This document shows, one piece after another, positions 25,123 to 32,000 of a stretch of 32,000 bases of DNA. The notes under the pieces were generated by a model that searched no databases, was not told the DNA's origin, and worked only from the letters and a program-made list of their open reading frames with translations. The DNA is from Candidatus Nanoclepta minutus (GTDB lineage: Archaea; Nanobdellota; Nanobdellia; Nanobdellales; Nanobdellaceae). The position numbers were made by a program, and so were the translations under genes. Positions within the stretch are counted from its first letter, which is position 1. Each line of letters starts with the position of its first letter. The stretch spans positions 1-32,000 of the forward strand of contig MWMI01000001.1 in the NCBI GenBank assembly GCA_003568775.1. Reading direction: 5' to 3'.

Positions 25123-25481
25123 TATTCTCCCATAACCTCGAATCCTAATAACTTAGCCAGTTCCCTAAAGCACCTTCCACAGATGAATATTCCATATCTC
25201 CTTATAACCCTATCGTGTGATCCGCAAATTATACACCTTATAGAACCTTTTCCATACCTCCTCTCTTTATTTTCAATACCCAATTCTTCGAAAACATTAT
25301 TTATATCTGGACTTCTTGATATTAAAAATGCCAATTCTTGTATATTCTTTATTTTACCTTCCTTAATTAATTTCTGAATCTGTTCTCTAACGTATCTAGG
25401 TGAATTATGCTTCAATATTTTTGCAAGTGTACCTGGTTTATGTTTCTGGAGTTCCCCTAAATATATCCAGCTATTAGGCAT
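25122..25481 (-). CDS. rps14: 30S ribosomal protein S14 (uS14, zinc type) with a ~65-aa N-terminal extension
   Basis: The C-terminal ~50 aa, RRYGKGSIRCIICGSHDRVIRRYGIFICGRCFRELAKLLGFE, is a complete zinc-type uS14. The preceding MPNSWIYLGELQKHKPGTLAKILKHNSPRYVREQIQKLIKEGKIKNIQELAFLISRSPDINNVFEELGI has no uS14 counterpart. TATA-like TTTAAATG lies ~26 nt upstream of the ATG at 25481. An internal in-frame TTG (ELG) would give a normal-length S14. Confidence 0.8.
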   Translation of the reverse strand: MPNSWIYLGELQKHKPGTLAKILKHNSPRYVREQIQKLIKEGKIKNIQELAFLISRSPDINNVFEELGIENKERRYGKGSIRCIICGSHDRVIRRYGIFICGRCFRELAKLLGFEVMGE

Positions 25482-25502
25482 TTTATCTTAGTTATCATAA
25501 AA

Positions 25503-25519
25503 CATTTAAGGCTTTAAAG
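25503..25519. promoter_or_regulatory. Back-to-back TATA-like boxes (CATTTAAGGCTTTAAAG) of a bidirectional promoter
   Basis: TTTAA elements are centred ~26 nt upstream of the minus-strand ATG at 25481 and ~28 nt upstream of the first sense codons of the plus-strand DUF460 gene (25544). This spacing fits archaeal TATA-to-TSS distance with leaderless mRNAs. Confidence 0.45.
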
Positions 25520-25543
25520 ATAGGATAATATATTAAGGCAAAA

Positions 25544-26521
25544 ATTATAGGAATAGATCCCGGAACTACTATAGGAATTGTAGTTTTAGATGAGGATGGA
25601 TTAGTTGAATATCATACGAGCGGGAAGAACCTATCAACAAGTGAAATAATAAAGATACTGAAGAGGATTGAGGGTATAGTCTTAATTTCTACTGATAGAT
25701 CTAAAATACCTAAAAAAATTGTTGAAATATCCTCCAAACTAAACGTTGGTATATACCACCCAGATAAGGATATACCGATAAAGAAAAAGAAGAAATTCTA
25801 TGAAGACGAGACATTAAAGACTAAATTAGATAACATACACGAGATAGATGCTTATATTGCTGCATATTTTGCTCTAATGGATATCAAGGATATAATAAGA
25901 AAGGCTAGAAAAGTTTCGAAGGATGATAAAGAATATATAGAACTTCTAAAAGTTAGCTTAAGGAATAGGAAGATAGAACCTGTTTCTGCAAAAATTTTAA
26001 TGGAGGAGAAAGAGGAAAGGAAAGATAAAATTATAAAGAAGAAAATAAAGAAGGGTAAAATGCGTATGGATAGAGAAATAATAGATATAAAGGTAGAAAA
26101 TAGAGAAAACCATGATATAAAATATTATAAGGAAATCTTAGAAAGATATTCTAAAAAGTATCTTAAACTCTTGAACAATTATGATAAACTATCAGAGATA
26201 CTAATTGGAAAGATAAAGGATGACCAAAAGATAGTACCTAAAGTTTCATTCTTAGTCAAAAAGAAGATTGAATTCGATAGGGTATTTATAGATTCCTTTT
26301 CAGAGGATGTATGGAATTATCTAATAAAACAGAAACCTAAGGTATATATAAAGGAGGAGGACATAGACAAAATACCGAGGATGTTTAAGGAGAAATATAT
26401 CGTATTGGAATATATAGACCTCCGTAATTTTATTATATTAGAAAAATACAACGTTTTAAAGGAAGATTCGAGGGTAGATATAGAGAAGATTAAGAAGATT
26501 ATAGACAGTCTTAGGTACTGA
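25544..26521 (+). CDS. DUF460/COG2433-like protein (RNase H-fold, RuvC/YqgF-like N-terminal domain + coiled coil); no canonical start codon
   Basis: The track calls only 25877..26521, but the same frame is open from 25529. It encodes (K)IIGIDPGTTIGIVVLDEDGLVEYHTSGKNLSTSEIIKILKRIEGIVLISTDRSKIPKKIVEISSKL...NIHEIDAYIAAYFAL, the hallmark N-terminus of archaeal DUF460 proteins. There is no ATG/GTG/TTG between the stop at 25526-25528 and 25877. ATT (25544) or ATA (25547) are the only AUN candidates at the expected position. Confidence 0.65.
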   Translation: MIGIDPGTTIGIVVLDEDGLVEYHTSGKNLSTSEIIKILKRIEGIVLISTDRSKIPKKIVEISSKLNVGIYHPDKDIPIKKKKKFYEDETLKTKLDNIHEIDAYIAAYFALMDIKDIIRKARKVSKDDKEYIELLKVSLRNRKIEPVSAKILMEEKEERKDKIIKKKIKKGKMRMDREIIDIKVENRENHDIKYYKEILERYSKKYLKLLNNYDKLSEILIGKIKDDQKIVPKVSFLVKKKIEFDRVFIDSFSEDVWNYLIKQKPKVYIKEEDIDKIPRMFKEKYIVLEYIDLRNFIILEKYNVLKEDSRVDIEKIKKIIDSLRY

Positions 26522-26890
26522 AAAGTGTAATGTTAAAACAAGGCTATAGGGGTATTCTTGTAAGATAATCTTTTAATATATTATTATATTATTTATTACT
26601 TATTAGTAGTATTATAGTTTCAGGAAATATAAAATAAGAGTTATAGTTTTCATGAGGTGTATGAAAAAGCTTAAAAATCAGCTTTTAAACATATTGTATA
26701 TCAATATTTATAAACATTCCCAAAATAAAGAAAGAATAAAGGGTAATAGAGGCAGATAACATATTTAAGCAGAAATTAAATAAAAATAGGAAAAACGATG
26801 CAATAAATTATTAAAAAGATGTAAGAATATCTTTTCTTTAAAAATTTATAAACACATTAGGTTTTTAATGATTTTTTACAATAATATGGT
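26522..26890. other. Candidate replication origin region (AT-rich, repeat-bearing intergenic region upstream of cdc6/orc1)
   Basis: This is the longest non-coding stretch in the window (369 bp), directly upstream of cdc6. It contains imperfect direct repeats TGTAAGATAATCTTTT (26559-26574) / TGTAAGAATATCTTTT (26820-26835), TTATAGTTTCAGGA (26612-26625) / TTATAGTTTTCATGA (26641-26655), and ATTTATAAACA (26706-26716 / 26844-26854), plus a small palindrome AAAGCTTAAAAATCAGCTTT (~26666-26685). Confidence 0.45.
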
Positions 26891-28135
26891 ATGGCGAGAT
26901 CTAATATTATAGACTTCTTAGTTGGAGATATTGATTTTTTAAAACAGAAAAAGTCTATTATAAAAAACAGAGAGGTTTTATCTGAGGATTTCGTTCCAGA
27001 AAGAATATTGTTTAGAGAAGAGCAATTAAACATAACTTTAACATCGATTAGAAGATTCCTAATTTTTGGGGAAGGTTTAAACATCTTGTTCTTTGGAAAT
27101 ACAGGAACTGGTAAGACCTTATTAGCAAGATATATATCTAAATCTATAAAGAAGCTAAATCTGAAGGAGAAGATGAATATAAAGACTTCATATGTTAATT
27201 GTAAGGGGTTCTTCATAAAAGAAGCAGATTATTATATAATAGGAAAAATGTACAGCGATATTACAGGCGATAGGTTTAGAAAAGGAAAGAAGAAATATGA
27301 GATGTTTGAAAGTATAATTAACTATATGAATAGCAAGGATTATAAGGCTATTATTTTCTTAGACGAGTTTGATTCTCTGTTTAATAAGAAAAATACAGAA
27401 GATCTATTGTATGCTCTTATAAGAGATTTAGATATAGAGTACTCTAATAGGTTTTCCTTAGTTATGATAACGAATAGTGTTTCATTTTTCGATGAGTTGG
27501 ATTCTAGGATAAAATCTTCGTTTTCTTCTTTTGTAAAAGTTAACTTTCCATCCTATAAAGCTACAGATCTAAGCGAGATATTAAAGGAGAGGGCTTATTT
27601 AGCATTGGAAGAGGGATCCATCAGCGAATCTCTTATAAATTATATATCAGCTAGAGTTGCAAAACATCATTCAGGGGATGCAAGAGTTGCTATAAACGTT
27701 TTAAAGCTCTCAGCCTTAATTGCTGATTCAAAGGGAAAGAACAAAATAGAGAAGGAAGATATAGATGAAGCATTTGAAAATCTCGATTATGATTTATTGA
27801 AGTTCATTGTATCTTCCTTAAACACTACTCAAAAGATTCTATCTTTGGCTCTAGTTGAGGGATCCTTGAGAAAGAAGGACGAATATATATCTTTTGAAGA
27901 ACTTTATAATATGTATGTTGAGATTTCTTCTAGGCTTTCTATAGCTCCTCTAAAGAGAATAACTGTCTTTAGGAATATGTGCAATTTAGAAATGATATTT
28001 GGAAGCTTTCTGGAAGTAAGAACAGTATCTGAAGGTAGGAGAGGAGGTTATAAAAAGATATATAAGCTTTTAATTGATGAGGAATCGATGAAAAAATTAT
28101 ATGATCTTCTGAGGGATAAGATATTTAATGCATAA
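26891..28135 (+). CDS. cdc6: Orc1/Cdc6 replication initiator
   Basis: LSEDFVPERILFREEQL, Walker A FGNTGTGKTLLA, Walker B IIFLDEFD, sensor regions (MITNS; GDARVAINVLK), and a C-terminal winged helix. Confidence 0.9.
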   Translation: MARSNIIDFLVGDIDFLKQKKSIIKNREVLSEDFVPERILFREEQLNITLTSIRRFLIFGEGLNILFFGNTGTGKTLLARYISKSIKKLNLKEKMNIKTSYVNCKGFFIKEADYYIIGKMYSDITGDRFRKGKKKYEMFESIINYMNSKDYKAIIFLDEFDSLFNKKNTEDLLYALIRDLDIEYSNRFSLVMITNSVSFFDELDSRIKSSFSSFVKVNFPSYKATDLSEILKERAYLALEEGSISESLINYISARVAKHHSGDARVAINVLKLSALIADSKGKNKIEKEDIDEAFENLDYDLLKFIVSSLNTTQKILSLALVEGSLRKKDEYISFEELYNMYVEISSRLSIAPLKRITVFRNMCNLEMIFGSFLEVRTVSEGRRGGYKKIYKLLIDEESMKKLYDLLRDKIFNA

Positions 28136-29627
28136 TAAAAAGGTTTTAGAGGAGCTATATGAGAAGGGTTTTTTAATTTCAGTTGATGTAGAACCTATCT
28201 TATCATCATTAAATGAAGATGAAATAAGGAATTTGATAAAAAAGTTAGAAGAAGAAAAGGTATTGGTAGTTGATAAAAATGTTTTAGAGAAATTTTTAGA
28301 GAAAAAAGAAGAAAAGCCTGAAGAAGTAATTATAATCGATAAAAAAGAAAGGTATGTTGGGGAGGAAGAAGAGTTGCCAATAAAAATTATAAAAAATATA
28401 GACATTCAAAAGTATGAGATAAATGTTAATACTTGGATATCTTACTTTAGGCATAGGATTAACAAAATAAAGAAAATATTGAGGGAGCACCTTGATATGA
28501 AGGATATGCACAGTCTATCTGATGTTCCATCAGGAAGACAGGTCTCCATCGCGGGATTGATTTATGATAAGAGGATAACCGAGAAGGGAGTTATATTCAA
28601 TTTGGAAGACATTACAGGTTCTATTAAGGTTTTGGTAAGAAAGGATGTAAAGAATTTTGATATAATTAAGGATATACCATTAGACTCTGTTATAGGTTTT
28701 AGGGGCAAAATGGGTAACGGAATTTTTTATGCGGATGATGTTATTTTTCCGGATGTTCCGATCAGAAATGAAACTAAAAAGGGAAATATAGACTCTTATA
28801 TTGTATTTACTGGAGATTTTCAATTCGGTAATAAGGCTTTTATAAGGGAAGCTTTTGAAAGGTTTTTGGATTTCCTGAATGGAAGATACGGAAACGATAA
28901 AATGAAGGAGATATCTAAGAAGATAGGATACGTATTAATTGTTGGGGATAATGTGGATGGAGTAGGTATATATGGTGAACAAGAAAACGAATTATATGCC
29001 TTTTCATATGAGGATCAATATAAAGAATTTGAAAAATATCTATTAAGTTTTCCAGAACATATAAAGGTTGTTATATGCCCGGGTAACCATGATAACGTTA
29101 GATTAGCTGATCCTCAACCACCTTTATCGAAGGATCTAGTACCTGAATTAAAAAACCTTGATAACTTCTATTTTATTTCTAGTCCAGGCTATGTAAAAAT
29201 TGATGAACTAACCGTTCTAATGTACCATGGTTATACCTTTGATTGGTTCGTTTCGGATATATTTTACATAAGGAAAAAGGGAGGATACGAGAATGTTCAA
29301 GAAATAATGAAGTTCATGCTGATGATAAGGCATTTGAACCCAACACACGGAAGCAACCCATATATACCATATTATAACGATGATCCTTTGGTTATAGACC
29401 TATTACCAGATATATTCCATACAGGACATATACATAGAGCAGATTATGGTGTTTATAGAGGTATAGAGCTATTTAACTCCTCTACTTTTCAAGGTTTAAC
29501 TAAATACCAAATAGAAATGGGCCATAAGCCAGAACCAGGAATTGTATACCTCAGAAACATTAAAACTGGTGAGGTATTATCGATAGACTTTATTAATGAG
29601 AAGATAAGTCGTTGTCATAATAAATAA
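28128..29627 (+). CDS. DNA polymerase II (PolD) small subunit DP1
   Basis: N-terminal helical domain, an OB-like middle region (ISIAGLIYDKR...FNLEDITGSIKVLV), and a calcineurin-like phosphoesterase core (FTGDFQFG, VGDNVDG, PGNHD, GHIH). 8-nt overlap with cdc6. Confidence 0.88.
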   Translation: MHNKKVLEELYEKGFLISVDVEPILSSLNEDEIRNLIKKLEEEKVLVVDKNVLEKFLEKKEEKPEEVIIIDKKERYVGEEEELPIKIIKNIDIQKYEINVNTWISYFRHRINKIKKILREHLDMKDMHSLSDVPSGRQVSIAGLIYDKRITEKGVIFNLEDITGSIKVLVRKDVKNFDIIKDIPLDSVIGFRGKMGNGIFYADDVIFPDVPIRNETKKGNIDSYIVFTGDFQFGNKAFIREAFERFLDFLNGRYGNDKMKEISKKIGYVLIVGDNVDGVGIYGEQENELYAFSYEDQYKEFEKYLLSFPEHIKVVICPGNHDNVRLADPQPPLSKDLVPELKNLDNFYFISSPGYVKIDELTVLMYHGYTFDWFVSDIFYIRKKGGYENVQEIMKFMLMIRHLNPTHGSNPYIPYYNDDPLVIDLLPDIFHTGHIHRADYGVYRGIELFNSSTFQGLTKYQIEMGHKPEPGIVYLRNIKTGEVLSIDFINEKISRCHNK

Positions 29628-29651
29628 AAAACTTTTTTATAAGTATTTCTT

Positions 29652-29942
29652 ATGAACCTAAAGATAATAAAGGAAAACGATAAAGAACTGGAAATATTGG
29701 CGGAGAAAGAAAAAGCAACTATTTTCATGCTATTAAAAGAGGAATTAGATAAGGATCCGGATGTTATCATGTGTGCATGGAAGGAAGACCATCCACTATC
29801 GAAGAATATTCATTTTTATATAAAGACTAATGGAAAAAAGAGTCCAAAGGAAACGTTAATGGAGTACGTTAATAAGTTGATCAAGAAACTGGAAGACTTC
29901 GAGAAGGTCTATAATAAAGCTTTACATGGAAAAAATAAGTAA
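29652..29942 (+). CDS. rpoL: DNA-directed RNA polymerase subunit L (Rpo11), divergent
   Basis: Length and pattern match: LKIIKENDKELEILAEKE..., ...DHPLSKNIHFYIKTNGKKSPKETLMEYVNKLIKKLEDF. Compare archaeal RpoL: ...LELEIEGEDHTLGN...PHPL...I.I.TDG...P..AL..A...L. The usual EDHTLGN motif is degenerate (EKEKATIFM). Confidence 0.65.
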   Translation: MNLKIIKENDKELEILAEKEKATIFMLLKEELDKDPDVIMCAWKEDHPLSKNIHFYIKTNGKKSPKETLMEYVNKLIKKLEDFEKVYNKALHGKNK

Positions 29943-31719
29943 AATAGTATTAGATACATCTGTATTAATATCCCAATATATTTCTAAAATCTTGGAAGAA
30001 AGGAAAATAGAAGTAGATGAAATTATAATTCCATTACCGGTATTAGCAGAGCTCCAGCATCAAGCTAATAAGGGATTAGATAAAGGATTCGTTGGTTTAA
30101 GGGAAGTACAAAAATTGAGGGAACTTTCGGGGAGATATGGATATAAGATCTTGATATTAGGGGAATATCCAAGGGAGGAAGATATAAAGTTTGCAAAAAT
30201 AGGCAAAATAGACTTTTCAATATTAGAAATTGCCAAGAGGATTGGGGGAACCTTGTTTACATCAGATAGGGTTCTCTATGAGCTATCCTTATCTTACGGT
30301 GTAGATGCGAGATACGTAAGTTTGGTTACATCTGAAAGACCATCCTATGAAAGGTACTTTACCGAAGATACGATGTCCATACATATAATAGAGGGCTGTA
30401 AAATAAAAAGGAAGAGGGGTAGCCCAGGGAATTGGTATATAGAAGAAATAGATGTTTCTATGGATAGAAAATCTATAGAAGATCTAATAGAGGAAATAAT
30501 AAGCTTAGCTAGATCCAGGAAGGATAGTTTTATAGAGATAGAGAAGCCCTATAGCATCATCGTTCAACAAGGTATCTATAGGATAGTTATCGTAAAACCT
30601 CCTTTATCGAGTAACTATGAAATAACGATTGTGAGACCAATAACAAAGAAGAAGCTAGAAGATTATAGGTTAAGTGAACGTTTGTTGGATAGGCTAGAGA
30701 AGAGTGCAGAAGGGATAATTATAGCTGGAAGACCAGGATCTGGAAAGTCTACTTTTGCTCAGGCTTTAGCTGAATGGTATAAGGAAAAGGGGAAGATTGT
30801 AAAGACTGTGGAATCTCCTAGAGATCTAATAGTTTCTCCAGATATTGTCCAATATTCAAAAAATTTTGCTAAGTTTGGTGAAATACATGATATCCTTCTA
30901 CTATCTAGACCGGATTATGTAATATTTGATGAAATGAGAACAACAGAAGACTTTAGGTTATACATAGATTTAAGGTTTGCGGGAGTTGGTATGATAGGTG
31001 TTGTGCATGTGGAGAGACCTATAGATGCCATCCATAGATTGATTTCGAGAACGGAATTGGGTATAATCCCACATATAGTAGATACGATAATATTCTTAGA
31101 GAAGGGGAACATAGAGGAGGTTTATACGTTATCCTTAAAAGTTAAGGTTCCTACAGGAATGGTTGAAGAGGATTTGGCTAGACCGGTTGTTGAAGTTAGG
31201 AACTTTATTACGGATGAGTTAGAGTATGAGATATATACTTTTGGGGAGGAGATTGTTGTAGTACCAATAAAGAGAGTTGAAAAGGATAAGCTATCCTTAT
31301 TATTGTCGGAAATACTCAAGGAGAAATTCAGTTCTAAGTATGAGGAGGTTACAATAGAGGTTAGGGGAAATACCATTGTCTTTATCTTGCCTAAAAACCT
31401 TAAAAAGAGGTTTTTAAAGAATGAAAAGAGTTTTTTAAGGAAGCTAAAGTATTCTTATGGATTTAACATTGAAGTAGTTTCTAAGAAGGATCTATCGTTT
31501 TTTCAATTGAAAAGGTATGAGATAAGAGACGGCTATATTATTTTAGATTTTGGAAAAGAACTTGCCAGAGAAAAAGTTCTAATAGTATCGGATGATAATG
31601 TAATTGCAAAATTGAACTTGGATAAAAGAGGATTAGTAAAGATAGATATCAATTCCCCAATAGGCAATAAAATAAGAGAAATTCTATCATCAAAAGGAAA
31701 AATTTATGCGAAAATTTAG
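29926..31719 (+). CDS. PIN-domain / PilT-like ATPase / KH-domain protein (COG1855 family)
   Basis: N-terminal PIN-like region (IVLDTSVLIS...FTSD), central P-loop IIAGRPGSGKSTFAQALA with Walker B YVIFDEMRT, and a C-terminal KH-like region. 17-nt overlap with rpoL. Confidence 0.8.
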   Translation: MEKISKIVLDTSVLISQYISKILEERKIEVDEIIIPLPVLAELQHQANKGLDKGFVGLREVQKLRELSGRYGYKILILGEYPREEDIKFAKIGKIDFSILEIAKRIGGTLFTSDRVLYELSLSYGVDARYVSLVTSERPSYERYFTEDTMSIHIIEGCKIKRKRGSPGNWYIEEIDVSMDRKSIEDLIEEIISLARSRKDSFIEIEKPYSIIVQQGIYRIVIVKPPLSSNYEITIVRPITKKKLEDYRLSERLLDRLEKSAEGIIIAGRPGSGKSTFAQALAEWYKEKGKIVKTVESPRDLIVSPDIVQYSKNFAKFGEIHDILLLSRPDYVIFDEMRTTEDFRLYIDLRFAGVGMIGVVHVERPIDAIHRLISRTELGIIPHIVDTIIFLEKGNIEEVYTLSLKVKVPTGMVEEDLARPVVEVRNFITDELEYEIYTFGEEIVVVPIKRVEKDKLSLLLSEILKEKFSSKYEEVTIEVRGNTIVFILPKNLKKRFLKNEKSFLRKLKYSYGFNIEVVSKKDLSFFQLKRYEIRDGYIILDFGKELAREKVLIVSDDNVIAKLNLDKRGLVKIDINSPIGNKIREILSSKGKIYAKI

Positions 31720-31729
31720 TTATTAAATA

Positions 31730-32000
31730 TGAAAAGAATAGCAATTATAGATAGAGAAAAGTGTAGAGCTCCAGAAAAGTGTAACTATATATGTATTTCA
31801 GTTTGTCCTGTTCAGAAGAATAATAAAGAGATTTTTAAGATAGGAGAAGATAAGAAACCTTTAATTGAGGAAGAACTATGTATAGGTTGCGGTATTTGTG
31901 TAAAGAAATGTCCTTTTAATGCTATAATGATCATTAACTTAGTTAAGGAGCCAGAATCAGATCTGGTCTTTCAGTATGGTCAGAATACATTTAGGCTTTA
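31730..32000 (+). CDS. ABCE1 / RNase L inhibitor (ribosome recycling ATPase), N-terminal part (runs off the window end)
   Basis: Hand translated: MKRIAIIDREKCRAPEKCNYICISVCPVQKNNKEIFKIGEDKKPLIEEELCIGCGICVKKCPFNAIMIINLVKEPESDLVFQYGQNTFRL. This is the diagnostic double 4Fe-4S ferredoxin-like N-terminus of ABCE1. Confidence 0.88.

Noticed and set aside
28074-28112. C/D-box sRNA-like pattern (TTGATGA ... CTGA) near the 3' end of cdc6
   Set aside because: It lies inside a well-supported coding frame. The C box lacks the preferred purine start, and there are no clear D'/C' boxes or terminal stem. It is most likely coincidental in AT-rich sequence.
1390-31376. Numerous 60-130-aa ORFs antisense to, or out of frame within, confidently identified genes (e.g. 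1390-1728, 5991-6293, 6265-6534, 8247-8453, 8906-9217, 10200-10430, 11720-11920, 13276-13464, 13730-13936, 17014-17840, 19417-19602, 19863-20258, 20700-20945, 21363-21638, 22271-22492, 22898-23080, 24146-24629, 25090-25377, 26857-27216, 28097-28511, 30915-31376)
   Set aside because: Each is fully nested in a longer ORF with clear family motifs. The translations are F/S/L/I-rich and low-complexity, as expected on the opposite strand of K/E-rich AT-rich genes.
1-32000. CRISPR arrays, IS elements, split tRNA halves or other GC-rich orphan islands
   Set aside because: No regularly spaced direct repeats, no transposase-like ORFs, and no GC-rich islands other than the 23S, the RNase P RNA-like gene and the four complete tRNAs were seen on visual scanning. 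A computational repeat search would be more sensitive.

Overview
Compact, gene-dense archaeal chromosome segment. The coding DNA is strongly AT-rich and the proteins are rich in K, I, E, N and Y, while the structural RNAs form sharp GC-rich islands. That contrast is typical of a thermophile with a low-GC genome. The window holds a stand-alone 23S rRNA (minus strand) with no adjacent 16S or 5S, a compact RNase P RNA-like gene just upstream of it, four intron-less tRNAs (His-GUG, Glu-CUC, Leu-CAA, Ser-GCU), and 11 ribosomal protein genes. The ribosomal protein genes are broken into small, rearranged blocks on both strands. Other informational and housekeeping genes include hisS, fen, cdc6/orc1, PolD small subunit, rpoL, ABCE1, apgM, Sec61beta, a MinD-like ATPase, a GT2-GtrA glycosyltransferase and a HAD phosphatase. 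PolD, the scattered r-protein genes, the unlinked rRNA and an apparently truncated gene point to a reduced-genome, Nanoarchaeota/DPANN-like archaeon; this is inference only. The only clearly accessory block is 14.7-19.2 kb. It starts 8 nt after tRNA-Glu and encodes a 1133-aa nuclease-like/N6-adenine methyltransferase fusion (type IIG/IIL-like) with a ~155-aa insertion inside the methyltransferase core. Next to it is an operon of three paralogous pilin-like, sequon-rich small proteins. Other oddities are a Dph2 N-terminal fragment, an ORF that reads antisense through the whole of tRNA-Ser, an S14 with a ~65-aa N-terminal extension, a DUF460/RNase-H-fold gene with no canonical start codon, and a 369-bp AT-rich candidate origin upstream of cdc6. 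Two real genes below the ORF-track cutoff (Sec61beta, L37e) and one edge-truncated gene (1-725, minus strand) were recovered by hand translation. No CRISPR array, transposase or integrase was seen.
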